Shown here: piece after piece, positions 27,466-39,100 of the stretch
Numbering within the stretch: the first letter of the stretch is position 1
Layout: each line of letters opens with the position of its first letter
Source: Eledone cirrhosa
Lineage: Eukaryota
Direction of reading: 5' to 3'
Assembly (NCBI GenBank): GCA_964016885.1
Contig: OZ024740.1
Location: 251,162,001 to 251,226,000, forward strand
DNA length: 64,000 nt
Notes under the pieces: model-generated
The model's input: only the letters and a program-made list of their open reading frames with translations
What the model was told of the DNA's origin: nothing
Databases searched by the model: none
Program-made: the position numbers and the translations under genes

Positions 27466-27824
27466 ATACAAAGTGTAACCTACTACAGTCAGTAGGCATC
27501 TCTAACAAAATACACCCCCACCCCATCCACACCGCCCCTTTCAATGTAAAGTTATGTTGGTGCCACAACATCCAGGCCGAAACAAATGAGATCGTGTAGG
27601 TGTCACGACAAAAAAACACACAGTCCACGCTGTCATGTGGCCGTGTAAGTAACACGGTAAAAACCTCCCAGCCCCACACTGTAAATGTGGTTGGTGTTAG
27701 GAAGGGCATCCAGCTGTAGAAAACCCGCCAGACAGTCCTATGCGAGCAAGACAATCACTCTTGCCTCAAGTGGGAAAACCCCCGTCCAAACACATGCAAG
27801 CGTGGAACACGGACGTTAAACGTT

Positions 27825-27844
27825 GATGATGATGATGATGATGA
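27825..27844 (+). repeat. (GAT)n 3' tail of the RTE LINE
   Basis: ...GGACGTTAAACGTT followed by about six GAT units; short tandem tails are typical of RTE 3' ends. Confidence 0.85.
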
Positions 27845-27943
27845 CATATATATGTATATATATATATATATATACATATATACATATATATGTGTATATA
27901 TATATGTATATATATATATATATATATACATATATATGTATAT
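27845..27943. repeat. Interrupted (TA)n microsatellite
   Basis: TA run with CA and TG interruptions between the LINE tail and the SINE head. Confidence 0.97.
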
Positions 27944-28062
27944 GAAGGCGTGTGGCTGAGTGGTTAGAGAATTTGATTCGCAATCGTAAGGTTGTGAGTT
28001 CGATTCCTGGACCAGGTGATGCGTTATGTCCTTGAGCAAGACACTTTATTTCACGTTGCTCC
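27944..28062 (+). mobile_element. tRNA-derived SINE with CORE-like domain (apparently 3'-incomplete)
   Basis: Pol III A box TGGCTGAGTGG (27953-27963) and B box GTTCGATTCC (27998-28007), followed by TGTCCTTGAGCAAGACACTT (28027-28046), which resembles the MIR/CORE motif TGACCTTGGGCAAGTCACTT. 3' limit uncertain. Confidence 0.82.
27953..28007 (+). promoter_or_regulatory. Internal RNA polymerase III type-2 promoter (A and B boxes) of the SINE
   Basis: A box matches TRGCNNARYGG; B box matches GTTCRANNC; 34 bp between boxes is tRNA-like spacing. Confidence 0.75.
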
Positions 28063-28162
28063 TTCTACCTGGAGTTGCAACCGATAGATAATATTAGCAA
28101 TTGGAAAGACCAACGGAAACATTGTTCCCTCGGTCCGATTTGACGAAAGTCGATCGTTCCTT

Positions 28163-28214
28163 TATATATGTATATATATATATACATATATATGTATATA
28201 TATATACATATATA
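28163..28214. repeat. Interrupted (TA)n microsatellite
   Basis: TA run containing ACATATATATGT. Confidence 0.95.
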
Positions 28215-28517
28215 TGTTTGGACGGGGGTTTTCCCACTTGAGGCAAGAGTGATTGTCTTGCTCGCATAGGACTGTCTGGCAGGTTTTCTACAGTTGGATG
28301 CCCTTCCTAACACCAACCACATTTACAGTGTGGGTCTGGGGTGTTTTTACCGTGTTGCCACGTTACAGCGTGGACTGTGTTTTTTTGTCGTGACACCTAC
28401 ACGATCTCATTTGTTTCGGCCTGGATGGTGTGGCACCAACATAACTTTACATAGAAGGGGGCGGTGTGGATGGGGTGGGGGTGGTGGGACGGGGGTGTAT
28501 TTTGTTAGAGATGCCTA
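28215..28517 (-). mobile_element. Second, inverted copy of the RTE 3'UTR (fragment without ORF or tail)
   Basis: Reverse complement aligns with 27493-27792 (TAGGCATCTCTAACAAAATACACCCCC ... TGGTTGGTGTTAGGAAGGGCATCCA ... GGGAAAACCCCCGTCCAAACA), with scattered substitutions and small indels. Confidence 0.93.
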
Positions 28518-28579
28518 TACATATATATGTATATATATATACATATATATATATATATACATATATATACATATATATG

Positions 28580-28631
<52 letters not shown>

Positions 28632-28745
28632 TATATACATATGTATATATATATATATATATACATATATATGTATATATACATATGTATATATATATAT
28701 ACATATATATGTATATATATATAAATATATATACATATATATGTA

Positions 28746-28776
<31 letters not shown>

Positions 28777-28788
28777 GTATATATATAC

Positions 28789-28819
<31 letters not shown>

Positions 28820-28954
28820 TACATATATATGTATATATATATACATATATATGTATATATATATATATTATATATATACATATATATGTATATATATACA
28901 TATATATACATATATATGTATATATATACATATATAAGTATTATATATATATTA

Positions 28955-28992
<38 letters not shown>

Positions 28993-29085
28993 TATGTATA
29001 TATATATATATATATATATGTATATAATATATATATATATATATATATCCATATATATGTATATATATATATATATATATACATA

Positions 29086-29118
<33 letters not shown>

Positions 29119-29155
29119 CCATATATATGTATATATATATATATATATATATAAA

Positions 29156-29202
<47 letters not shown>

Positions 29203-29235
29203 GTATATATATATATATACATATATATGTATATA

Positions 29236-29325
<90 letters not shown>

Positions 29326-29429
29326 CTATATATATATACATATGTATGTATTTATATATATATATATATATATACATATGTATGTATATATATATATATA
29401 TATATACTATATATGTATGTATATGTATA

Positions 29430-29524
<95 letters not shown>

Positions 29525-29545
29525 GTATATATATATATACATATG

Positions 29546-29634
<89 letters not shown>

Positions 29635-29678
29635 CATATGTATATATATATATATATACATATGTATATATATATATA
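28518..29678. repeat. Long interrupted (TA)n microsatellite, ~1.16 kb
   Basis: Near-continuous TA with CA/TG interruptions and occasional TT/AA phase shifts; source of the poly-YI ORFs. Confidence 0.99.
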
Positions 29679-29970
29679 TAACTTTGAATAACTTTGAAAT
29701 GTTTTGGCCAGTATTGGCCCAGGCCATGTCTAACTTAATAGCACCACCTGGCGAAGTCTTTCAATCAGGATTTGGGCACCATGGCCCATTCGAGAAGAGA
29801 ATTACTGTTTGCGGAGACATATCCGGGTGTGGGTGGTTTGTCCGGGATTACTTGGAGGAATTTGTCCAAAGACTTCTTGAATTTTGTGTGGTCAGTTTCT
29901 GTTTTGACGTGTCCTGGTGTGATGTTGAAGAGAGCAGGGCCGATTGAGGTGAAATAATTGTGCCGTATTG
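29679..29970 (-). mobile_element. 3' end of a CR1-group LINE (ORF2 C-terminus, short 3'UTR, tandem 10-bp tail), cut by the gap
   Basis: Minus frame 29968-29765 reads [67 protein letters not shown]. This fits the GP.LFN..P...FK..LDKFL..IPD.P..PGY....NSL ending of invertebrate CR1-like ORF2. Tail is (TTCAAAGTTA)x2 at 29698-29679. Clade assigned from remembered motifs. Confidence 0.78.
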
Positions 29971-30170
29971 NNNNNNNNNNNNNNNNNNNNNNNNNNNNNN
30001 NNNNNNNNNNNNNNNNNNNNNNNNNNNNNNNNNNNNNNNNNNNNNNNNNNNNNNNNNNNNNNNNNNNNNNNNNNNNNNNNNNNNNNNNNNNNNNNNNNNN
30101 NNNNNNNNNNNNNNNNNNNNNNNNNNNNNNNNNNNNNNNNNNNNNNNNNNNNNNNNNNNNNNNNNNNNNN
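29971..30170. other. Assembly gap (200 N)
   Basis: Exactly 200 N, probably a fixed-size scaffolding spacer of unknown true length. Confidence 0.99.
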
Positions 30171-33100
30171 GACGGCTGAAAATTATCTCCCCTTGGACGG
30201 CTGCAAATTATCTCCCCTTGATTTTTTTTACAAATTATCTCCCCCTGATTTTTTTTACAAATTATCTCCCCCTGAATTTTTTTACAAATTATCTCCCCCT
30301 GATTTTTTTTTACAAATTATCTCCCCCTGATTTTTTTTTACAAATTATCTCCCCCTGATTTTTTTTACAAATTATCTCCCCCTGATTTTTTTTACAAATT
30401 ATCTCCCCCTGATTTTTTTTACAATCTCCGCCTGATTTTTTAAAAAATTATCTTCCCTTGGCTGGCGGGAAATTATCTCCCCTTGGACGGCTGGAAATTA
30501 TCTCCCCTTGGACGGCTAGAAATTACCTCTCCTTGGACGGCTGAAAATTATCTCCCCTTGGACGGCTGCAAATTATCTCCCCTTGATTTTTTTTACAAAT
30601 TATCCCCCCATGATTTTTAAAAAAAAAATTATCTCCCCTTCGCTGGCTGGAAATTATCTCCCCTTGGACGCTGGAAATTATAGCCCCTTGGAGGGCTGGA
30701 AATTATCTTCCCTTGGACGGCTGGAAATTATCTCCCCTTGATTTTTTTTACAAATTATCTCCCCCTGATTTTTTTTTACAAATTATCTCCCCCTGATTTT
30801 TTTTTACAAATTATCTCCCCCTGATTTTTTTTTTACAAATTATCTCCCCCTGATTTTTTTACAAATTATCTCCCCCTGATTTTTTTTTACAAATTATCTC
30901 CCCCTGATTTTTTTTTTACAAATTATCTCCCTCTGATTTTTTTTACAAATCTCCCCCTGATTTTTTTTTACAAATTATCTCCCCCTGATTTTTTTTACAA
31001 ACTATCGCCCCTGATTTTTTTACAAATTATCTCCCCTTGGCTGGCTGGAAATTATCTCCCCTTGAAGGCTGGAATTTATCTCCCCTTGGACGGCTAGAAA
31101 TTACCTCTCCTTGGACGGCTGGAAAATATGTCTCCTTGGACGGCTGGAAATTATCTCCCCTTGGACGGCTGGAAATTACCTCTCCTTGGACGGCTGAAAA
31201 TTATCTCCCCTTGGACGGCTGGAAATTATCTCCCCTTGATTTTTTTACAAATTATCTCCCCCTGATTTTTTTTTACAAATTATCTCCCCCTGATTTTTTT
31301 TACAAATTATCTACGCCTGATTTTTTTAAATATTATCTCTCCTTGGCTGGCGGGAAATTATCTCCCCTTGGAAGGATGGAAATTATCTCCCCTTGACGGC
31401 TGGAAATTATCTCCCCTTGCACTGCTGGAAATTATCTCCCCTTGGACGGCTGGAAATTATCTGCCCTTGATTTTGTTTTTACAAATTATCTTCCCCTGAT
31501 TATTTTTACAAATTATCTCCACCTGATTTTTTAAAAAATTATCTCCCCTTGGACGGCTGGAAATTATCTCCCCTTGGCTGGAAATTATCTCCCCTTGGAC
31601 GGCTAGAAATTATCTCTCTTTGGACGGCTGGAAATTATCTCCCCTTGATTTTTTTTACAACTTATCTCCGCCTGATTTTTTTTAAAAAATCATCTCCCCT
31701 TGGACGGCTGGAAATTATCTCCCCTTGGACGGCTGGAAATTATCTCTCCTTGGACGGCTAGAAATTACCTCTCCTTGGATAATTGAAAATTATCTCCCCT
31801 TGGACGGCTGGAAATTATCTCCCCTTGATTTTTTTTACAAATTATCTCCCCCTGATTTTTTTTACAAATTATCTCCCCTGATTTTTTTTTACAAATTATC
31901 TCCCCCTGATTTTTTTTTTCAAATTATCTCCCCCTGATTTTTTTACAAATTATCTCCCCCTGATTTTTTTACAAATTATCTCCCCTTGGCTGGCTGGAAA
32001 TTATCTCCCCTTGGAGGCAGGAATTTATCTCCCCTTGGACGGCTAGAAATTACCTCTCCTTGGACGGCTGGAAAATATGTCTCCTTGGACGGCTGGAAAT
32101 TATCTCCCCTTGGACGGCTGGAAATTATCTCCCCTTGGACGGCTGGAAATTATCTCCCCTTGGACGGCTAGAAATTACCTCTCCTTGGACGGCTGAAAAT
32201 TATCTCCCCTTGGACGGCTGGAAATTATCTCCCCCTGATTTTTTTTACAAATTATCTCCGCCTGATTTTTTTAAATATTATCTCTCCTTGGCTGGCGGGA
32301 AATTATCTCCCCTTGGACGGCTGCAAATTATCTCCGCTTGATTTTTTTTACAAATTATCCTCCCCTGATTTTTTTTTACAAATTATCTCCCCCTGATTTT
32401 TTTTACAAATTATCTCCCCTGATTTTTTTTTACAAATTATCTCCCCCTGATTTTTTTTTACAAATTATCTCCCCCTGATTTTTTTTTTACAAATTATCTC
32501 CCCCTGATTTTTTTACAAATTATCTCCCCCTGATTTTTTTTACAATCTCCGCCTGATTTTTTTAAAAATTATCTTCCCTTGGCTGGCGGGAAATTATCTC
32601 CCCTTGGACGGCTGGAAATTATCTCCCCTTGGAAGGATGGAAATTATCTCCCCTTGGACGGCTGGAAATTATCTCCCCTTGCACGGCTGGAAATTATCTC
32701 CCCTTGGCTGGAAATTATCTCCCCTTGGACGGCTAGAAATTATCTCTCTTTGGATGGCTGGAAATTATCTCCCTTTGATTTTTTTTACAAATTATCTCCC
32801 TCTGATTTTTTTTACAAATCTCCCCCTGATTTTTTTTTACAAATTATCTCCCCCTGATTTTTTTTACAAACTATCGCCCCTGATTTTTTTACAAATTATC
32901 TCCCCTTGGCTGGCTGGAAATTATCTCCCCTTGGAGGCTGGAATTTATCTCCCCTTGGACGGCTGGAAATTACCTCTCCTTGGACGGCTGAAAATTATCT
33001 CCCCTTGGACGGCTGGAAATTATCTCCCCTTGATTTTTTTACAAATTATCTCCCCCTGATTTTTTTTTTACAAATTATCTCCCCCTGATTTTTTTTACAA

Positions 33101-36100
33101 ATTATCTACGCCTGATTTTTTTAAATATTATCTCTCCTTGGCTGGCGGGAAATTATCTCCCCTTGGAAGGATGGAAATTATCTCCCCTTGGACGGCTGGA
33201 AATTATCTCCCCTTGCACTGCTGGAAATTATCTCCCCTTGGACGGCTGGAAATTATCTGCCCTTGATTTTGTTTTTACAAATTATCTTCCCCTGATTATT
33301 TTTACAAATTATCTCCACCTGATTTTTTAAAAAATTATCTCCCCTTGGACGGCTGGAAATTATCTCCCCTTGGCTGGAAATTATCTCCCCTTGGACGGCT
33401 AGAAATTATCTCTCTTTGGACGGCTGGAAATTATCTCCCCTTGATTTTTTTTACAAATTATCTCCCCCTGATTTTTTTTACAAATTATTTCCCCATGATT
33501 TTTAAAAAAAAAATTATCTCCCCTTCGCTGGCTGGAAATTATCTCCCCTTGGACGCTGGAAATTATAGCCCCTTGGAGGGCTGGAAATTATCTTCCCTTG
33601 GACGGCTGGAAATTATCTCCCCTTGATTTTTTTTACAAATTATCTCCCCCTGATTTTTTTTTACAAATTATCTCCCCCTGATTTTTTTTTTACAAATTAT
33701 CTCCGCCTGATTTTTTTAAAAAAATTATCTCCCCTTGGACGGCTGGAAATTATCTCCCCTTGGACGGCTGGAAATTATCTCCCCTTGGACGGCTAGAAAT
33801 TACCTCTCCTTGGACGGCTGAAAATTATCTCCCCTTGGACGGCTGCAAATTATCTCCCCTTGATTTTTTTTACAAATTATCCCCCCATGATTTTTAAAAA
33901 AAAAATTATCTCCCCTTCGCTGGCTGGAAATTATCTCCCCTTGGACGCTGGAAATTATAGCCCCTTGGAGGGCTGGAAATTATCTTCCCTTGGACGGCTG
34001 GAAATTATCTCCCCTTGATTTTTTTTACAAATTATCTCCCCCTGATTTTTTTTTACAAATTATCTCCCACTGATTTTTTTTTACAAATTATCTCCCCCTG
34101 ATTTTTTTTTTACAAATTATCTCCGCCTGATTTTTTAAAAAAAATTATCTCCCCTTGGACGGCTGGAAATTATCTCCCCTTGGACGGCTGAAAATTATCT
34201 CCCCTTGGACGGCTGCAAATTATCTCCCCTTGATTTTTTTTACAAATTATCTCCCCCTGATTTTTTTTTACAAATTATCTCCTCCTGATTTTTTTTTACA
34301 AATTATCTCCCCCTGATTTTTTTTTACAAATTATCTCCCCCTGATTTTTTTTACAAATTATCTCGCCCTGATTTTTTTTACAAATTATCTCCCCCTGATT
34401 TTTTTTACAATCTCCGCCTGATTTTTTAAAAAATTATCCTCCCTTGGCTGGCGGGAAATTATCTCCCCTTGGACGGCTGGAAATTATCTCCCCTTGGACG
34501 GCTAGAAATTATCTCTCTTTGGACGGCTGGAAATTATCTCCCCTTGATTTTTTTTACAAATTATCTCCCCCTGATTTTTTTTACAAATTATCCCCGCATG
34601 ATTTTTAAAAAAAAAATTATCTCCCCTTCGCTGGCTGGAAATTATCTCCCCTTGGACGCTGGAAATTATAGCCCCTTGGAGGGCTGGAAATTATCTTCCC
34701 TTGGACGGCTGGAAATTATCTCCCCTTGATTTTTTTTACAAATTATCTCCCCCTGATTTTTTTTTACAAATTATCTCCCCCTGATTTTTTTTTACAAATT
34801 ATCTCCCCCTGATTTTTTTTTTTACAAATTATCTCCGCCTGATTTTTAAAAAAAAATTATCTCCCCTTGGACGGCTGGAAATTATCTCCCCTTGGACGGC
34901 TGGAAATTATCTCCCCTTGGACGGCTAGAAATTACCTCTCCTTGGACGGCTGAAAATTATCTCCCCTTGGACGGCTGCAAATTATCTCCCCTTGATTTTT
35001 TTTACAAATTATCTCCCCCTGATTTTTTTTACAAATTATCTCCCCCTGATTTTTTTTACAAATTATCTCCCCCTGATTTTTTTTTACAAATTATCTCCCC
35101 CTGATTTTTTTTTACAAATTATCTCCCCCTGATTTTTTTTACAAATTATCTCCCCCTGATTTTTTTTTTACAAATTATCTCCCCCTGATTTTTTTACAAA
35201 TTATCTCCCCCTGATTTTTTTTACAAATTATCTCCCCCTGATTTTTTTTACAAATTATCTCCCCTTGATTTTTTTTTACAAATTATCTCCCCCTGATTTT
35301 TTTTTTACAAATTATCTCCCCCTGATTTTTTTAAAAATTATCTTCCCTTGGCTGGCGGGAAATTATCTCCCCTTGGACGGCTGGAAATTATCTCCCCTTG
35401 GAAGGATGTAAATTATCTCCCCTTGGACGGCTGGAAATTATCTCCCCTTGGACGGCTGGAAATTATCTCCCCTTGATTTTTTTTACAAATTATCTCCCCC
35501 TGATTTTTTTTTACAAATTATCTCCCCCTGATTTTTTTTTACAAATTATCTCCCCCTGATTTTTTTTTTTACAAATTATCTCCGCCTGATTTTTAAAAAA
35601 AAATTATCTCCCCTTGGACGGCTGGAAATTATCTCCCCTTGGACGGCTGGAAATTATCTCCCCTTGGACGGCTAGAAATTACCTCTCCTTGGACGGCTGA
35701 AAATTATCTCCCCTTGGACGGCTGCAAATTATCTCCCCTTGATTTTTTTTACAAATTATCTCCCCCTGATTTTTTTTACAAATTATCTCCCCCTGATTTT
35801 TTTTACAAATTATCTCCCCCTGATTTTTTTTTACAAATTATCTCCCCCTGATTTTTTTTTACAAATTATCTCCCCCTGATTTTTTTTACAAATTATCTCC
35901 CCCTGATTTTTTTTACAAATTATCTCCCCCTGATTTTTTTTAATAAATTATCTCCCCTTGATTTTTTTTTACAAATTATCTCCCCCTGATTTTTTTTTTA
36001 CAAATTATCTCCCCCTGATTTTTTTACAAATTATCTCCCCCTGATTTTTTTTACAAATTATCTCCCCCTGATTTTTTTTACAAATTATCTCCCCTTGATT

Positions 36101-39100
36101 TTTTTTTACAAATTATCTCCCCCTGATTTTTTTTTTACAAATTATCTCCCCCTGATTTTTTTAAAAATTATCTTCCCTTGGCTGGCGGGAAATTATCTCC
36201 CCTTGGACGGCTGGAAATTATCTCCCCTTGGAAGGATGTAAATTATCTCCCCTTGGACGGCTGGAAATTATCTCCCCTTGCACGGCTGGAAATTATCTCC
36301 CCTTGATTTTTTTTACAAATTATCTCCCCCTGATTTTTTTTTACAAATTATCTCCCCCTGATTTTTTTTTACAAATTATCTCCCCCTGATTTTTTTTACA
36401 AATTATCTCCCCCTGATTTAAAAAAAAAAAATTATCTCCCCTTCGCTGGCTGGAAATTATCTCCCCTTGGACGCTGGAAATTATAGCCCCTTGGAGGGCT
36501 GGAAATTATCTTCCCTTGGACGGCTGGAAATTATCTTCCCTTGGACGGCTGGAAATTATCTCCCCTTGATTTTTTTTACAAATTATCTCCCCCTGATTTT
36601 TTTTTACAAATTGTCTCCCCCTGATTTTTTTTTACAAATTATCTCCCCCTGATTTTTTTTTTACAAATTATCTCCGCTTGATTTTTTAAAAAAAATTATC
36701 TCCCCTTGGACGGCTGGAAATTATCTCCCCTTGGACGGCTGGAAATTATCTCCCCTTGGACGGCTAGAAATTATCTCTCCTTGGACGGCTGAAAATTATC
36801 TCCCCTTGGACGGCTGCAAATTATCTCCCCTTGATTTTTTTTACAAATTATCTCCCCCTGATTTTTTTTTACAAATTATCTCCCCCTCATTTTTTTTACA
36901 AATTATCTACCCCTGATTTTTTTTACAAATTATCTCCCCCTGATTTTTTTTTACAAATTATCTCCCCCTGATTTTTTTTTACAAATTATCTCCCCCTGAT
37001 TTTTTTTTTACAAATTATCTCCCCCTGATTTTTTTACAAATTATCTCCCCCTGATTTTTTTTACAATCTCCGCCTGATTTTTTTAAAAATTATCTTCCCT
37101 TGGCTGGCGGGAAATTATCTCCCCTTGGACGGCTGGAAATTATCTCCCCTTGGAAGGATGGAAATTATCTCCCCTTGGACGGCTGGAAATTATCTCCCCT
37201 TGCACGGCTGGAAATTATCTCCCCTTGGCTGGAAATTATCTCCCCTTGGACGGCTAGAAATTATCTCTCTTTGGATGGCTGGAAATTATCTCCCTTTGAT
37301 TTTTTTTACAAATTATCTCCCTCTGATTTTTTTTACAAATCTCCCCCTGATTTTTTTTTACAAATTATCTCCCCCTGATTTTTTTTACAAACTATCGCCC
37401 CTGATTTTTTTACAAATTATCTCCCCTTGGCTGGCTGGAAATTATCTCCCCTTGGAGGCTGGAATTTATCTCCCCTTGGACGGCTAGAAATTACCTCTCC
37501 TTGGACGGCTGGAAAATATGTCTCCTTGGACGGCTGGAAATTATCTCCCCTTGGACGGCTGGAAATTACCTCTCCTTGGACGGCTGAAAATTATCTCCCC
37601 TTGGACGGCTGGAAATTATCTCCCCTTGATTTTTTTACAAATTATCTCCCCCTGATTTTTTTTTTACAAATTATCTCCCCCTGATTTTTTTTACAAATTA
37701 TCTACGCCTGATTTTTTTAAATATTATCTCTCCTTGGCTGGCGGGAAATTATCTCCCCTTGGAAGGATGGAAATTATCTCCCCTTGACGGCTGGAAATTA
37801 TCTCCCCTTGCACTGCTGGAAATTATCTCCCCTTGGACGGCTGGAAATTATCTGCCCTTGATTTTGTTTTTACAAATTATCTTCCCCTGATTATTTTTAC
37901 AAATTATCTCCACCTGATTTTTTAAAAAATTATCTCCCCATGGACGGCTGGAAATTATCTCCCCTTGGCTGGAAATTATCTCCCCTTGGACGGCTAGAAA
38001 TTATCTCTCTTTGGACGGCTGGAAATTATCTCCCCTTGATTTTTTTTACAAATTATCTCCCCCTGATTTTTTTTACAAATTATCTCCCCATGATTTTAAA
38101 AAAAAAAATTATCTCCCCTTCGCTGGCTGGAAATTATCTCCCCTTGGACGCTGGAAATTATAGCCCCTTGGAGGGCTGGAAATTATCTTCCCTTGGACGG
38201 CTGGAAATTATCTCCCCTTGATTTTTTTTACAAATTATCTCCCCCTGATTTTTTTTTACAAATTATCTCCCCCTGATTTTTTTTTTACAAATTATCTCCG
38301 CCTGATTTTTTTAAAAAAATTATCTCCCCTTGGACGGCTGGAAATTATCTCCCCTTGGACGGCTGGAAATTATCTCCCCTTGGACGGCTAGAAATTACCT
38401 CTCCTTGGACGGCTGAAAATTATCTCCCCTTGGACGGCTGCAAATTATCTCCCCTTGATTTTTTTTACAAATTATCCCCCCATGATTTTTTAAAAAAAAA
38501 TTATCTCCCCTTCGCTGGCTGGAAATTATCTCCCCTTGGACGCTGGAAATTATAGCCTCTTGGAGGGCTGGAAATTATCTTCCCTTGGACGGCTGGAAAT
38601 TATCTCCCCTTGATTTTTTTTACAAATTATCTCCCCCTGATTTTTTTTTACAAATTATCTCCCACTGATTTTTTTTTACAAATTATCTCCCCCTGATTTT
38701 TTTTTACAAATTATCTCCGCCTGATTTTTTAAAAAAAATTATCTCCCCTTGGACGGCTGGAAATTATCTCCCCTTGGACGGCTGGAAATTATCTCCCCTT
38801 GGACGGCTAGAAATTACCTCTCCTTGGACGGCTGAAAATTATCTCCCCTTGGACGGCTGCAAATTATCTCCCCTTGATTTTTTTTACAAATTATCTCCCC
38901 CTGATTTTTTTTACAAATTATCTCCCCCTGATTTTTTTACAAATTATCTCCCCCTGATTTTTTTTTACAAATTATCTCCCCCTGATTTTTTTTTACAAAT
39001 TATCTCCCCCTGATTTTTTTTACAAATTATCTCCCCCTGATTTTTTTTACAAATTATCTCCCCCTGATTTTTTTTACAATCTCCGCCTGATTTTTTAAAA

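Larger units (their letters stand above)
26191..27844 (+). mobile_element. 5'-truncated RTE-clade non-LTR retrotransposon (LINE): RT region, 3'UTR and (GAT)n tail
   Basis: Starts at F-R-F-V-S-G-K-S-T-I-D-A-L-F (RT 'QFGF..G.ST.DA' motif). Contains FVDLEKAFDRVPR, LLYADDL (YADD at 26545-26556), FCYLG, MLHGSETW, RRLRWYGHVMRM and GRPRKTW, all typical of RTE ORF2. Stop at 27465, 3'UTR, then a GATGATGAT tail at ~27825-27844. Confidence 0.93.

Noticed and set aside
27944-28020. Functional tRNA gene
   Set aside because: A and B boxes are present, but I could not fold a convincing acceptor stem, and a CORE-like domain follows; better explained as a SINE head.
28294-29947. Long Tyr/Ile-rich ORFs on both strands
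   Set aside because: (TA)n lacks stop codons; artefact of the microsatellite.
29958-30358. ORFs spanning the N run
   Set aside because: Artefacts of translating the gap.
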